A DNA stretch of 63,145 nucleotides, filler included, from Octopus bimaculoides (Eukaryota): NCBI RefSeq assembly GCF_001194135.2. It is 4 parts of 3 records of this genome, joined end to end, with 100 filler letters (N's around TTAATTAATTAA, not from the genome) between each part and the next. Parts side by side here need not be neighbours in the genome. Positions count along the whole stretch, not along the records: positions 1 to 24,314 come from NC_068983.1; 3 more parts are not named here. The stretch is one strand, 5' to 3'. The first letter of the stretch is position 1. The number at the start of each line of letters is the position of its first letter. The position numbers and the translations under genes were made by a program. Under the pieces are notes generated by a model, which made no database searches, was not told the origin of the DNA, and saw nothing but the letters and a program-made list of their open reading frames with translations. Below are positions 1 to 14,600 of this stretch, in pieces.

Positions 1-719
1 GTATATATATATATATAATTGTGTGTGTATGTGTGTATGCATGTAAATATGTGTGTGTGTGTGTGTGTGTGAAAGACAGAGTAATATAAGCACAATAATG
101 TGCTATTTAAAATAAAATTAATGTGTGTGATTGATGAGGTGCTTCAAAAGATAAATTTTCAAATATATTTATGCATCATACTCTTTATACGCTCACGTGC
201 ATTTATACACACATGTATGTTATATATATAAATATATACATATACACACACGCACATTCACATATATATGTATACATATATATATAAATAACATACTCAC
301 ACTCACACGCACACACACACATATGCTTTTATGTATGTATAAACTGCATGTAGCTTTCTTGAAACACATGAAAATTTGACATCTGTATGTAAAGAAAACA
401 AATCAGTTATGCCACAGGAGTGATTATTTTCCCTCTGACCAGAAGCGTGTGGGATTAATCTGATTCGGATTTAGTTTTCTTGACATTAATCTGTATAATA
501 TACCATCTCTTTGTATACTCAGATATATTAGTTACTTATAATTATGTATATTGTGAAGAAAAGCGTTCTCTTCTAAACGAGACACGCCTGTTTGAATAAC
601 AGCACATGCGCTGACAACATGCGTAATTAATTACATTATAGTACATATTCTGATAACTTGAAATATCTTGTATGATATAACTTTTTGATAAACCTACAAG
701 TGTATTGATATATCTATGT

Positions 720-865
720 GCATGTACACATAATATACAGACACATACATATACATATATATTTGTATATATGTGTGTGTATGCGTGTGTGTGTGTGCAT
801 GTGTGTGTATATATATTCATATATATCTATATCTATATATATATATATGCATATATATATAGACA

Positions 866-936
<71 letters not shown>

Positions 937-960
937 TCATATATATATATATATACATAT

Positions 961-1005
<45 letters not shown>

Positions 1006-1080
1006 CATATATATATACAAACACACATACGTATATATATATGCATACACACACACACATATATATTCATGTGTGTTTTT
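720..1080. repeat. (TA)n/(CA)n microsatellite mosaic (representative of dozens of TA, CA, GA, TCTA and CATA tracts in the window)
   Basis: Directly visible; accounts for the [12 protein letters not shown] ORFs in the track. Confidence 0.99.
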
Positions 1081-2619
1081 ATGTAGTAAATTATATGTTT
1101 ATAGGCAAGATATATCTCACATTGCATTTCAAATTATCCGAAGAGCGCTGTGTATCGCATTATTAATTAATTAATTAATTAACCGCGTATGCATCTTTGT
1201 GTTTATCTTTCGTCGATCAATCTAAGTAGCTGACGCGCTGTAGCGATTACCATTTCTAATTAGTAAATATACTTCACATGAAACATAAAATAAAATATTA
1301 TCAGAGATGGCGTAGTCAGTTCTTGGTTGCAATCAGTAAGTACTATAAATTGTTTGATGAAAATAAATATGAGATCAACAAATCTTTTAGAAGAGCAACG
1401 CTAATCAATAATTCAATGACAAGATAAGAGGCATTCAGCAATAAAGTGAAACTAATTCAACCACTTTGAAAGCAAACGTAATAAATGAATTTGATCTTTA
1501 ATTTACTGTGTCGCTCAATGCCATATGAAATTAACGCATCCAAAAATAATCAAAATGATCATACATAAACTCCAAAATATTCCTTCTATCTTTGCTTTGG
1601 TGGCACCAACATATAAAGTCTTAGTCAGACAGCACCCTTATACGATTTGAGTATTATGTTGCGACTTGCTTGTCGGATTATGAACTGCTAACCACGTCTT
1701 AGAACATAAAACATCGGAATTCATAACAACAACGATTGATCTACGTTCTTGTTCATTGTTAAATCTGAAGAAATCCATACTTAAGTACCAAAAGTTGGAT
1801 AGGATTTATCATGAATCGTATTGCTTTGAAGGTCACTAAACCCTTTGACAAGAATTCATAAACACCATTGTCATAGTCACCGAGGCATAGTTTCTGCATG
1901 GCTTAACATTGTAACGTAGCCACTTGCCTTTGATTGTTAAAATTCTTGTGCGGTTAATAATTATTCGATGTGTGGAGGGTGTGTGAAAGTACTCTTTGCT
2001 TTAAGCACTGTGCAGCTTCTGATCAAATAACCGTTCGATGAATATGGTATTCACTGTATATCAGTAGAAAGCAGAATATATAAGAACTTAAATAATATAT
2101 ACTCTCAACACATTTCGCAAGGGAATTTCAAGACGGATGACACATCTCATTTGCAATGTTGTCTTTACATTCCAACAGAAAACTTCTGGATTTATGCTTG
2201 GCTGGAGGTTTATGAAGGAATTAGCATATATTATCGACAGGAATGTTGCGCATGCAATTTTCAAAATGCTGTTTTCAATGTGATACGTATTGATGATGTT
2301 GATATAGATGATATTAATATATTGATGATGACGATGGCAATAATATCAACGATAATAATAATATTTGTTATGAGCCCCAAGGGTGGAGGATATCGTATAT
2401 GGTATAAAAACGAAATACACAGAGATTGAACAAACAAGATACACCGAGAGTTTTCCATTGGATAAAAGAGTGAATCAATAATAATATTAAATATATACCA
2501 GTATACTAAAAAGAACAGAAAAAAACATAGAAGAAAAGGATCCTGAAATTAGTGGCTGCAGCCACACATAATAATTTATGGCTCCATACATAAGACTCAC
2601 GATTACGCTGTTATACTGA

Positions 2620-3400
2620 CCCATCAAATGTAAGGACCTTCTCCCAGTTGTTGCCGCCAGCATACAACGATATAGTCATTAAAGGCCGATTTGACATCGC
2701 CAGTTTCACCCACTCTTACCTCTCATAAACTTTACTGTGGTTGGGCAGCATATTCTACTTCTTAGAAATCGAATATGTTGATGAGGGCTTGACCTATCAA
2801 GAGAAGCATATTCTCAAGCGTTTTAGTTGCATCCTCCTTTAAGAGAATGACAACACCAGCAAAGCTTTCCGGTTTTTACTTAGTATTTCGATCTTCATGA
2901 TAGTCTCATAATAATCGGATTCGAGTAGCACGCGTTAATAGAGTTTGAAAAAACCTCATCAATAAAAATGGAAGGAGATTGAGGAATTGCACATAGAATA
3001 TTTTCATAAACGTTGGATGCATCTCGGATAGATTCAAAACAGCTTTATCTATAGAGTTCATTCCGACTTCACAAATACCATCTATAGAATTTAATGTTCA
3101 AAGATGTTTTGGAAGTTGCCTATAGCTGTTTCTGAATCCATGTGATTTCGGATTCTGTTCCACTGCGCGTCACCTTAAGCAAGGTTTTTTTTTTTAATGT
3201 AGCCTGGACTGACCAATTTGATCGACGAAAATTGCGTGGAAGACCTCGTTATATATATTTTTTGTTATTTCATTTGTGTCAGTAATTAGATTGCGGTAAT
3301 GCTTGGGAACCCCTTCGAAGAATTTTCTAATCGAATGAATCAACCTTAGTAATTTAATAAGTTTGGTATTTATTCTGTCCATTGCTTTTTCTGAAATGCT
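2620..3400 (-). mobile_element. Possible very degraded LINE RT fragment (RTE-like)
   Basis: Only weak resemblance of the minus-strand translation to RT C-terminal segments; many stops. Confidence 0.25.
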
Positions 3401-3516
3401 AAGTTATAGGGACGTAAGAACCCCAACATCGGTTGTCTACCGGTGCTGAGGAGAAACAGACATTTAGTCTCTCTCTCTTTCTCTCTCTCCACTCCCACTA
3501 CACGCAAACACATATG

Positions 3517-3558
<42 letters not shown>

Positions 3559-3610
3559 CTTCTCTCTCTTTCTCTTTCCCTCTCTCCCCCCTTTGTTTCT
3601 CTCTCTCTCT

Positions 3611-3675
<65 letters not shown>

Positions 3676-3676
<1 letters not shown>

Positions 3677-4481
3677 GAGGGTGATCCAGAAAGTAAGGTC
3701 TCCAAAACACTGGGAACGCAGGAAAACTGTGCATACACCTATTGGCAACACTGTTGTATTTGTTGTGGATGCACCTGCGCCTGCTCCAGCGTGCGCCTCG
3801 CTGCAACGTTCATGCTTGGCTTGGCAGTCGTATTTGATGGAGTTCCCGATTGATGCTACCGTCAAGTGTGAAGTTCGATCAGTTCTTCGGTTTTTGAACG
3901 CAAAAGGCATTAAACCGATTGAAATTCATCGCCAGTTAACGGAGGTGTATGACAAGCCGTGCCTCGATGTTGAAAACGTCCGTATGTAATGTAGGGAGTT
4001 TGCAGCTTGTCGTACTAAAATTCATTACAAAGAAAGAACCGGGTGAACATCAATTTCCGACGGGACAGTCGCGAAGATTGAGCAAATCCTGCGTGAAAAT
4101 CGAATGATTACTCGGGATGATCTCCGTATTTTGGTTCCTGAGATTTCCCGAAACACCATTCACTGGGTTTTGAATGAAAAGTTGCAATATCTCAAAGGGT
4201 TTACGCGAGAAGGGTCCGACGGATGCTCACAAAAGACCATAAACGGCAACCTACCACATAGTCCGGACTTGGCAGCAACGATGACGTGAATGATGAGGTT
4301 CAACGCTTCCTCAACAACATGGCAGTGAGCTGGTATGACATGGCCATACAAAAACTGTCCCAGCGCCTACAAAGATGCATCGACTGATTGACGATTATGT
4401 ACAAAAACATCATTGAGAAACGTTTGTGTGATTTCCAAATAATTTTGGAGATTGGAGATCTTACTTTTGGGATTACCCTCG
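3676..4481 (+). mobile_element. Internally deleted mariner DNA transposon (806 bp)
   Basis: 28-bp TIRs (cgagggtgatccagaaagtaaggtctcc; 4 mismatches between ends) and TA on both flanks. HTH region MEFPIDATVKCEVRSVLRFLNAKGIKPIEIHRQLTEVY... contains stops and is joined to the C-terminal WYDMAIQKLSQRLQRCID; most of the catalytic domain is absent. Confidence 0.92.
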
Positions 4482-5420
4482 TATATNNNNNNNNNNNNNN
4501 NNNNNNNNNNNNNNNNNNNNNNNNNNNNNNNNNNNNNNNNNNNNNNNNNNNNNNNNNNNNNNNNNNNNNNNNNNNNNNNNNNNNNNNNNNNNNNNNNNNN
4601 NNNNNNNNNNNNNNNNNNNNNNNNNNNNNNNNNNNNNNNNNNNNNNNNNNNNNNNNNNNNNNNNNNNNNNNNNNNNNNNNNNNNNNNNNNNNNNNNNNNN
4701 NNNNNNNNNNNNNNNNNNNNNNNNNNNNNNNNNNNNNNNNNNNNNNNNNNNNNNNNNNNNNNNNNNNNNNNNNNNNNNNNNNNNNNNNNNNNNNNNNNNN
4801 NNNNNNNNNNNNNNNNNNNNNNNNNNNNNNNNNNNNNNNNNNNNNNNNNNNNNNNNNNNNNNNNNNNNNNNNNNNNNNNNNNNNNNNNNNNNNNNNNNNN
4901 NNNNNNNNNNNNNNNNNNNNNNNNNNNNNNNNNNNNNNNNNNNNNNNNNNNNNNNNNNNNNNNNNNNNNNNNNNNNNNNNNNNNNNNNNNNNNNNNNNNN
5001 NNNNNNNNNNNNNNNNNNNNNNNNNNNNNNNNNNNNNNNNNNNNNNNNNNNNNNNNNNNNNNNNNNNNNNNNNNNNNNNNNNNNNNNNNNNNNNNNNNNN
5101 NNNNNNNNNNNNNNNNNNNNNNNNNNNNNNNNNNNNNNNNNNNNNNNNNNNNNNNNNNNNNNNNNNNNNNNNNNNNNNNNNNNNNNNNNNNNNNNNNNNN
5201 NNNNNNNNNNNNNNNNNNNNNNNNNNNNNNNNNNNNNNNNNNNNNNNNNNNNNNNNNNNNNNNNNNNNNNNNNNNNNNNNNNNNNNNNNNNNNNNNNNNN
5301 NNNNNNNNNNNNNNNNNNNNNNNNNNNNNNNNNNNNNNNNNNNNNNNNNNNNNNNNNNNNNNNNNNNNNNNNNNNNNNNNNNNNNNNNNNNNNNNNNNNN
5401 NNNNNNNNNNNNNNNNATAT

Positions 5421-5667
5421 CAGTGTAAATTTAAACATATAAGAGATGACCATAATAGAAGATCTAACACGCTCGAAGGAGTAGTCAAAATCCGAACCAC
5501 TATTAGGCGTAATTTCGATGGGAATGAAAAATAAAAACATTTATCTTTTACCATTATTTTTCATCCCCTTCGAAATTACCCCTAATACTGGTTTGGATTT
5601 TGACTACTCCTTCTACCGGTTTAGATGTCCTATTATGGTCACATCTTATGTGTTGAAATGTACACTG
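5421..5667. mobile_element. Foldback MITE (247 bp), Tc1/mariner-like ends
   Basis: Arms 5421-5534 and 5552-5667 are imperfect reverse complements; ends are CAGTG...CACTG with TA on the right flank. Confidence 0.8.
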
Positions 5668-5763
5668 TATTTATATATAGTCTATTGACTATTTTTCGAC
5701 ATGCTAGGCCACTGGTGGCCAAATTTCTAACCTTTTCCCTACCCTCATATTTATATATATATA

Positions 5764-6135
5764 CGCAGGAGTGGCTGTTTGGTAAGTAGCTTTCTTAGCA
5801 ACCACATGGTTCCGGGTTCATTCCCACTGCGTAGCACTTTGGGAAAGTGTCTCCAAATATAGCCTCGGGCTGACCAAAGCCTTGTGAGTGGATTTGGTAG
5901 ACGGAAACTGAAAGAAGCCCGTCATATATATTTATATATATATATGTATGTGTCTGTATATGTTTGTGTGTCTGTGCTTGTCCCCACCAGCATCGCTTTA
6001 CAACCGATGGTGGTGTATTTATGTCCCCGTAACTTAGCGGTTCGGCAAAAGAGACCGATAGAATAAGTACTAGGCCTACAAAGAATAAGTCCTGGGATCG
6101 ATTTGTTCGACTAAAGGCGGTGATCCAGCATAGCC
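5764..6135 (+). mobile_element. Octopod SINE family A (other copies: 19606-19777 -, 20243-20646 -, 37645-38040 -, 53425-53580 -, 59670-59833 +; tail pieces at 55620-55765 + and 61725-61870 -)
   Basis: gtggctgtgtggtaagtagc...ccacatggttccgggttca head, gggcaagtgtcttctactatagcctcggg core, internal (CA/TA)n and a shared tail; at least seven copies in the window. Confidence 0.9.
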
Positions 6136-6279
6136 CGAAAAAGCATTTTGCTGAAGAATTATCTCTCCCTCACTCTCTTTCTGTATCTCAATATTGAACT
6201 CTCGTAATCAGCTACTTTTTCATACTTAGTTATTTCTGTAGTCAACACGCTATACCAAACTGGATCTAGATACAAAAGC

Positions 6280-8830
6280 AAGAGGAAGACAATCGATCAT
6301 TGTTCTGGTATAAGGATTGCCTTATGTTGTATACTGGAGATTATGAAGCAGCTGGGAATACTAGAAATACTGTTAGAGACACTAATCATTTTCATCAGAA
6401 GAATTAATGAATCATATGGCTCGCAAAGAATTGCGCAAATGCAGCCTAAATGAGTGAAGAAAACTATGAAAAACAATTAATAACCATTTAGATAAACAAA
6501 TAACAATAAAGAAATTAGAATATATATAAACTTGGGAAAACTTAAGAATTAATGGAATTATGAGAATACAAAATACAGACATGAATCAAATATTTACGTT
6601 GGAATAATATTAACGTATGGAATTGATAATTAAATATTAAATATAATAAATAAATTATGAATAAATAATTATAGATAATATGTAGTGCGATAATTTATAC
6701 CTTTACAACTGGACTCTGAATCAGTTAGTAAGACTAGACAGAAATCGAAAGAATATAACATCTCATTTTCGAATAGAACGCCTAAAGTTTGCCATATATA
6801 TTCTATTCATCAGCGATGCAAGGATAGAGTGACGTCATACGCCTGAAATCTTTTTATAAAATATTAGTAACGATGAATAATTAATAAAAAACCGACTGAG
6901 GCAAAACGATTACTTAAGTGGAGGCTAATATTTTTAAGGTTGTAAGCCAAAAGAACTTTTAATCTATTAAAATTATACCCATAACAAAATGTAGATAAGT
7001 ATTAGCGTTTACGATACTTTTGTTGAACACCAAGAGGGAAATATTAGATATACAAACTGAATAAAAACTGAATGAAGGCACATCGTAGGAATGAGTTGAA
7101 TGTGTGCTAAGGAGGCGACAATTTTCAAGCTATTTCGTTCTTTTATACCTTGTTATTTGGTATGGACTTAATAATATGGATAAAATACTGGACGGATTGC
7201 CAGGATACACAGACACAAAATAGAGTAAAGAACCAGTTTAAAATAATAGGTATTTTGCGTGTGATAAGGAGGAACTGACCATAATGTCCATGGTTGGCCA
7301 GTCTTGGACTAGTGATGATATATATACAATTAGGGCACTGTTAACATTTTCATGCATAACAGTAGGAAAATTATGCCGGCAATAGAAATACTAATATATG
7401 TGACCGCGTGTGCATCAGTGGCGATTTTCTTTCTCCGTCTTCCCTTCTTTGGACTTTTCCTATATTTTCTTTCCTTTCCTGAGCGTCCAATAACACTGTA
7501 CTCATTCCACGTCTTCGCGTTGTTGTTTTTTCGTGTTTCGTTCGTGTTTTTTTCTTGCTTGTTCCAGTTTGAATTGATTTTAATAAATATACTCAGGAAA
7601 TATACTCAGCAAGCGGTAAAAACGATGATAGAAAATATATTATGGATACATTAGAACGTGATCAATGATATTTGGGGGATATTGTTATTGGGGATATCCA
7701 GCAAAAATGTGACTCAACAGAATCGGGATATCAGATAGACAATAATATATATATATCTTGAAACGAATTGGCGATAATATCCAAATATATAAATTGGAGG
7801 ATAAAAAGTATCAAATGTTGGTACAACAAAACTTATTCTGTGTAAATTATTGAAATATATTTAGACAAATACATAAGCAAACCGTAAAGCATACAACATC
7901 GTACACGCATGTTAGGAACGTTTCACAAGATAGATAATTCAGTAGAAAAGAAATGTTTTGCATTTGCTTAAAATTCTTAAAGATGAGCTTATTAGTATAA
8001 GGAACATACAATTACAATATCTACTGGTAAGTGATAAAAAATAATTCTGTCACTCCCCCCAAAAAGCACCCGAACTCTACCACTTTCTCCCCTGGGAAAT
8101 ATTAAAGGTTTGGGGCACCGAACAACTACAGTATACTCAGAGACTCAACTTGTATGTTGTAGGTGATAAACAACTAGAAATACTGATGTAGACACAAACG
8201 AATTTTACTGGAGACATTGATATGAAATTAGGCTTAGAAAATGCGCAAAATGAGTTTGATGACAGGAAAATTAATACAAACAGCTAATTTTATGATAAAT
8301 AAAACGAAGTGTTACTAGAAGTACACCAAACGCCGATTTACGAATAATCAAGAATTAACAAGCTAGACACATTCGATATACAAAAATTAGTAAAAATAAT
8401 AAAGAAAGTACCGCGTAATCCATTAATTTAATACTTAAAAGAGATAATATAAAGGTGAAAGGCAGTATTACATTAGGTATTTCAGTAATAAATTATAATT
8501 ACCGTATTATCCACTGGAATCTAAGTAAATTATCAAGTCTAGACAGAAAAGAAGAAAAATAATGACACAATTACGATACACCACACAAACAATGACAAGG
8601 AAAAAATTATATTTATTTATTTGGAATGCAGTTAAGTGTGGGTCTTGCAACAAGAATGTTATCTCTATAAATCGATTCGAAATATATTGATTGAATTATT
8701 AAGGGGAAGAAATAGAACTAAATGCAACGTATGAACAAAAGAGGGAATTCTTTTCGGAGTTCAAAGAAGTCAATAAAGCTTGAAGAAATATGATTCCCAT
8801 TAGATACACAATAAAAGACATAACTAGAAT
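6280..8830 (+). mobile_element. Cluster of very old R4/Dong-like LINE fragments
   Basis: Patchy similarity of 6280-6800 and 8130-8830 to each other and to 31460-31900 (DMKLGLEKCAK-like). Boundaries poorly defined. Confidence 0.4.
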
Positions 8831-9262
8831 ATGTTTATAGAAATCTCAGAGAGAAGGCCTTTAAACCGTTTTTCGTTTAAAAGTACTTGTGAAGGCAATT
8901 TCAAAATCCTCTGATTACACACCTCGAACACTGTTTGGGCATCATGGCGGGCCATCTATTTTCCTTGTTAATTTAAGGTCTTCCACCGTATATTTTAAAG
9001 CACAGGTATGTGTATATTCGTGCTCGTATGTTTTATATTTTTATCTTTATTATAGTATTATTTATGGGATATACTTTCTTAGACGATATGTTTGAAATAG
9101 TTGTCAGCATGTGAATAGAAAATTTTGCTTAGAGAAACATATTTTTCTATGAAAGACGAAAGATTCATAGAATGCCTCCCGCTTTATGATCATATTCTAA
9201 CTAAAACTATCCATTCAATTCATATATATCAGACATTCGACTAACAAAATGCCTTTCAATGT

Positions 9263-9302
<40 letters not shown>

Positions 9303-9305
9303 CAA

Positions 9306-9359
<54 letters not shown>

Positions 9360-9365
9360 CAACAC
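9263..9365. repeat. (CTA)n trinucleotide microsatellite (another at 15374-15478)
   Basis: Directly visible. Confidence 0.98.
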
Positions 9366-10911
9366 CAATGCCTCCGCCGCCTCTTGTCACGTTAACTGCA
9401 ACGGATGAACATTAACACACAGAAGCATACACACATATACATTCACATATATATATATATATATATATACATGTATACACACACACACACCTATGTACAT
9501 ATAAATATATGTATATATATATTTGTGTGTGTGTGTGTTTGTGTATGTGTGAGTAGTATGTATGTGTGTGCATGTATGCATCGTATATATATATGTTTTT
9601 TTGCGTTAAAAAATGGAAACGAAATATTTAAAAGATATATACTGGACACTCGCACCATTTCTTTCAGTCAATTTCCTCTCACAATGAATTGATCAACCTA
9701 ACGCAAGAACGTTAGACATTTTCCCAATGTTCCAAGTAATGATATCGGACTCAAAGATAAGTTGTGGTTGTCTGAAACACCTTACTTTATATAAATTGAA
9801 GTAGTCTCCAAAATTTGTAGCCGTAGGATATTATTTTGAAATACAAGAAGTATATGAATGAATTCGTCGAATCTAAATGTTCTGTCCAGATAAACAAGAA
9901 AATAGATTTGCTTAAGTTCATTATGTGAACTCCTCAGCTAATGCATATATTTCTAACACCATTCGGCTACCACATGTCTCGAAATCGGAATAGTTTTAAT
10001 AAGGCTCCTAGCAATAAGAATTTCTTTAAAATTCTTATGGTTTTACTGTAACTCGATTTCTTGTCTGGCTTTTCTCTCATTTGTTTTACATTAAATGGAT
10101 AATATTTTACATTATGTTTGTTTGTCTCATAGTTGCCGAAATATTTACTAGCATAAGAATTAAAACTACTTTTTTCTGAAACCTTCATTTGTAGCTATAT
10201 AACTCCTATCGATTATTTCTTACAGTATGTAAATATAATGCATTTACATATAACCATAATTGAAATACCGTTACGATAAATAAATATTTTCAGAATGAAA
10301 ATGGAAATAGCTAAAACGGTAATCATATATTACTCTAAAATACTGAAAGCTTTTTATTACAAAAGTATTACCACATATCACGGAGACTAGTTATTTAGGG
10401 GAAATCACATGATTTGTCTTGAAGTAGCAGCATGTTTAAGAATCACGGCTTAGTATTTACAAACTTTTTTCATTTAGGTAAGATTTGTATAAATACTATC
10501 TTGTTTATTGATATTTCTAACAGCCAAATTGATTACATGTGTTTTTTTTTTATACTATATGTTGCATTTAAAGGGAAGGAAGAAGACATGGTGGCTTATT
10601 GTATTAATAACACTTTTAAGAATCTGAACCATTTACTGAGGAAGCTGGAAAGCAAACCGAATGAAAAAAAAAAACTATTTATTCTGCACGAATGTGATGG
10701 ATGTAATATTTCACCGCAACAATTGCAATCCAAAAAACGAAGACTAATTTAATAGAAGTATGTTTGAAGCCTATGAAAGATTGTGAAGAATTCGGTATTT
10801 TAAGCTTCTACAACCGAGCACACTGGGTAACCGTCTCCCTGTGGGGCTTAAGGTCGACAAATACTTTCTAAGTGAATATGATAGACAGAAAACTGAAATT
10901 CCATCTACATG

Positions 10912-10945
<34 letters not shown>

Positions 10946-11413
10946 TGTATGTATGTATGCATGCATGCCTGCATGCATGTATGTATGTGTGTATGTATGT
11001 ATGTATGTATGTTTGAGTGTGTGTGTGTGTGTATGCATGTATGTATTTACGTATGTCTCCTATCATTGTTTCACAACAAGGGTTGCTTTTTTGTACCATG
11101 ACATAGAGTTTCGACCGAATAGGCTAATATAATGAGTAGCAGATTTAAGAAATAATTATTTACGTGACTTGGTCGGCTTAACTATTCAAGGCGGAGCCCA
11201 AGCATGGCACCTGTTCAACTTTTAAAACATTAAAAGATAAAAGAGTCACGATTGCCGTATTAGATGGTTAAATTAAGCGAGTATCTAGGCAAGCAAAATT
11301 TAAAATATTTTCGTATGAAATGAATATTCATATACCGAAAAAAATATAGAAATTCCTCACAGTTTATTCAAAAAGATCCATAACACAAGCCGTTATTAAA
11401 AACCTATAGTATA

Positions 11414-11630
11414 CGAGAGGGTTCCGAAATGTTCTTGGCTTTGGGTAAAAGAAGATACAGGAAGATCAGTTAATTCTGATTTTATTCAACATATTCCACT
11501 CTCAGATGCATACATTTACTGCAGTAGTCCTTCAGATTTTTTAAGACTTGTAAAAGAACTCGGAAGGTTGGGCCTCCAACAAGGCCTTTCATGAAACCCT
11601 TAAAGCCAGGAACTTTTCAGTACCCCTTCG
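11414..11630. mobile_element. Mariner-derived MITE (~220 bp)
   Basis: TA-flanked TIRs cgagagggttccgaaatgttcttggctt / aagccaggaacttttcagtaccccttcg; second copy at 47497. Confidence 0.8.
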
Positions 11631-14600
11631 TATGTTTAAAAATTTAAACATCAGTCAGAAACACGTTGATCGAAATAATTTGTATAAAGTGGATATGTTT
11701 ATCGGGTTTAAGGATTTGTTTTTCTACATTCTATTAAATCTGACATATGTCATTTTACATTGAGAGCAAACAAACAGCTATGAATTCTCCATTGTATGAA
11801 AGAAATAGACAAGAACGAGACAATAAAGGAGACGATAACCACGGACAAGAAGATATGTTGTTTTTGTTATCCCTGCTCAAGACTTCTCTGTCAAGGAAAT
11901 TCCTACAATATTTAGAGTAATTCAATGAACGTGGCGAGATAGTAATTAGTGGAAATACGACTGAGGTTTCTTCAAGTCCGGTATCACGTTTAAGCCCTCT
12001 CGTTCGCTTGAAATGTTGAAAACATATGGTAATGAAGGCAATATTGAAGGGCTGTTATGAGTAGTGGTAATAGGAAAAGCTTTATTTTCTACATGCAATA
12101 GACTATACACAAGTTGAATAATCATATTATACACATGAACTCAACAGCCTAATACACGAATTCTTGTCAGCCCTCACTCTCTCTCTGGTGATCGTCTTAT
12201 TTTCACTTCATTAAATATTCATTCTAGTAGTGTTAATTTTATAGGGCAGAAATTTATCAAATATGATTAAACATTCAATGCACGTGCATTTTTAGACTCG
12301 TGATATTCAGTCAAATTTTAGCACGAGGACAGCAATTTTATGAGAAAGTCGAAGTCAATTTAATGTTCAACTGGTACTTAGTTTATCAACTTCGAAAGAT
12401 TGGTTGGCAAAAGTCGACCTCGGCACATTTGAACATAGATTACACTAATTATATTAAAATATATATTTTTGTAGAGATTAAGAAAGGTACCTTCCAAATA
12501 ATTCTCAAGAGCCAGTAACTGGTTGGTAAAATTTAACCGAAAATTTGATATTTGCGTGAAGTCTTATGACTAAAGACCAGTCGGTAGTGGGAGCCGGAAG
12601 ACGAGTTAAGTCTACCGTAATGTCTACGAGACGGGTTCCTGCTCTGTTTCTATTATACCACCTAAAAGCCTTTGGTTGACACTAAATAGTGGCGGAAGAA
12701 GAAATTTGTCAAAAGTGTCGTGATGTGCGACTGGAACCTGGAATCACCTGTGTATATATATATATAATCTTAAGATTATTATGATCGAATAAGTTAAGAA
12801 TGCGAATTACACCAACAGCGAAATGTTACGAAGAAAAATTAAAAGAATGTTGGTCAACTATTTGTAAATATATGAAAAAGAAGAGGTTTGGCTCGATATA
12901 AAAAAAAATTGCACTTTAAATATTGTTGATTTTGTTTAACTTAGAGATATTTTTATTATCGAATTACAACTGACGTCTTGTAAACCAAAATTGGATTTTC
13001 CGATTTCGTAATTCTTTAATTTTTTATTTCGCTTTTATTCATCTTTAACTCATTATCTCGTTTATTGTAATCGGATTTCACTAAAGTTCTCCTCACCATT
13101 TTGCACTGTTTTTTTTACAAATTTATGGTGATATATCAACACTCTGTTTCTGTTTATCTGTCTGTTTCCGTTTTTCTGTGCCAGTCTCTATCCGTTTCCT
13201 TGTCTGTATCTACCCATCTTCTAATCTGTGTCAAGATCTCTGTGTATGCATATAAATATTGTGTGTATGTATATATAATATTTAATACTACTACGAGTGG
13301 TTTAAATTGTGGTGTTATATACGCAAGTTTAAAATATGTGCTTTAGCAGCTTAACATGCATAACAAGTAGTTAAAAGTACACTATTTTGCGATGCTTGCT
13401 TCAACAAAAGATAGAATAAGATGAGCAACATTTTATTTCCAATCATTAGGTTTATTGATACCTAAAATATTTCCCGAAGATCCACAATAACTAAATAGCC
13501 TACGCGAAAACACGAAAAGACATACATATATAATATATAAACTCGTACGTGCATACACGCACAACCGCATCAATTCAGGTTCCCTTTTGCTGATCATCGT
13601 AATTGTATTCCTCTAATAATCACCTCACCAAACAAATGACTACGCCCTCTATTGTGTATGGTAAGGCTTTGGCCAGACCTGCTTGAATGCAAACAAAACA
13701 GGAGTGAGGAACCGCCATAGAATTTTCACATTTTGACTGAAGTCTCCAGAAATGCCACCGGATTAGCTCCGTTGTAGTCATTTAGTTTTAAATGTATATA
13801 GCATCCTCACGATATATGAAACAACTTACTGTAAATGTTCGTGGTTCCTTCCGTTTCTAATGGAAGTAGCACCTACACAGACACAGACACACTCACACAC
13901 ATACATACACGCAAACGCACACACGCACACACACACACAAATATACATACATACATATATATATATGATAGCATATATATATATATATATATATATATGC
14001 ATACATACATAAGGTATATATATAAACGCACATACATATGCATAGACTTACGTGTGTGCTTGCATACGTAGTTTTCATAAATTATCTTTACAGCTTCTAC
14101 TATTTATTGCATCTATTAAAGTTTAAAACTATCAATCAACTTCGCAAACAATGCGGCCCAGATCGATGTCATCTGATGTTTGTAATGTTTCTTTGCCTGT
14201 TTTCTATAAAGCTCAGCTGAAGTATGCTTATTCTCCTTATATACATACATATATATATTTATATATATATATATATATATNNNNNNNNNNNNNNNNNNNN
14301 NNNNNNNNNNNNNNNNNNNNNNNNNNNNNNNNNNNNNNNNNNNNNNNNNNNNNNNNNNNNNNNNNNNNNNNNNNNNNNNNNNNNNNNNNNNNNNNNNNNN
14401 NNNNNNNNNNNNNNNNNNNNNNNNNNNNNNNNNNNNNNNNNNNNNNNNNNNNNNNNNNNNNNNNNNNNNNNNNNNNNNNNNNNNNNNNNNNNNNNNNNNN
14501 NNNNNNNNNNNNNNNNNNNNNNNNNNNNNNNNNNNNNNNNNNNNNNNNNNNNNNNNNNNNNNNNNNNNNNNNNNNNNNNNNNNNNNNNNNNNNNNNNNNN

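Noticed and set aside
1163-1182. Natural (TTAA)5 palindrome resembling the linker
   Set aside because: Simple tetranucleotide microsatellite without flanking Ns.
2151-2429. 92-aa ORF preceded by an acceptor-like ccaacag
   Set aside because: No suitable donor, runs into low-complexity (GAT/AAT) sequence, and has no similarity to the peptidase or any family I recognise.
4388-5540. Long ORFs in the track spanning N runs (also ~14.1-15.4, 20.5-21.4, 22.1-23.5, 42.4-43.5, 52.9-53.3 and 62.5-62.8 kb)
   Set aside because: Artefacts of translating gaps as X.
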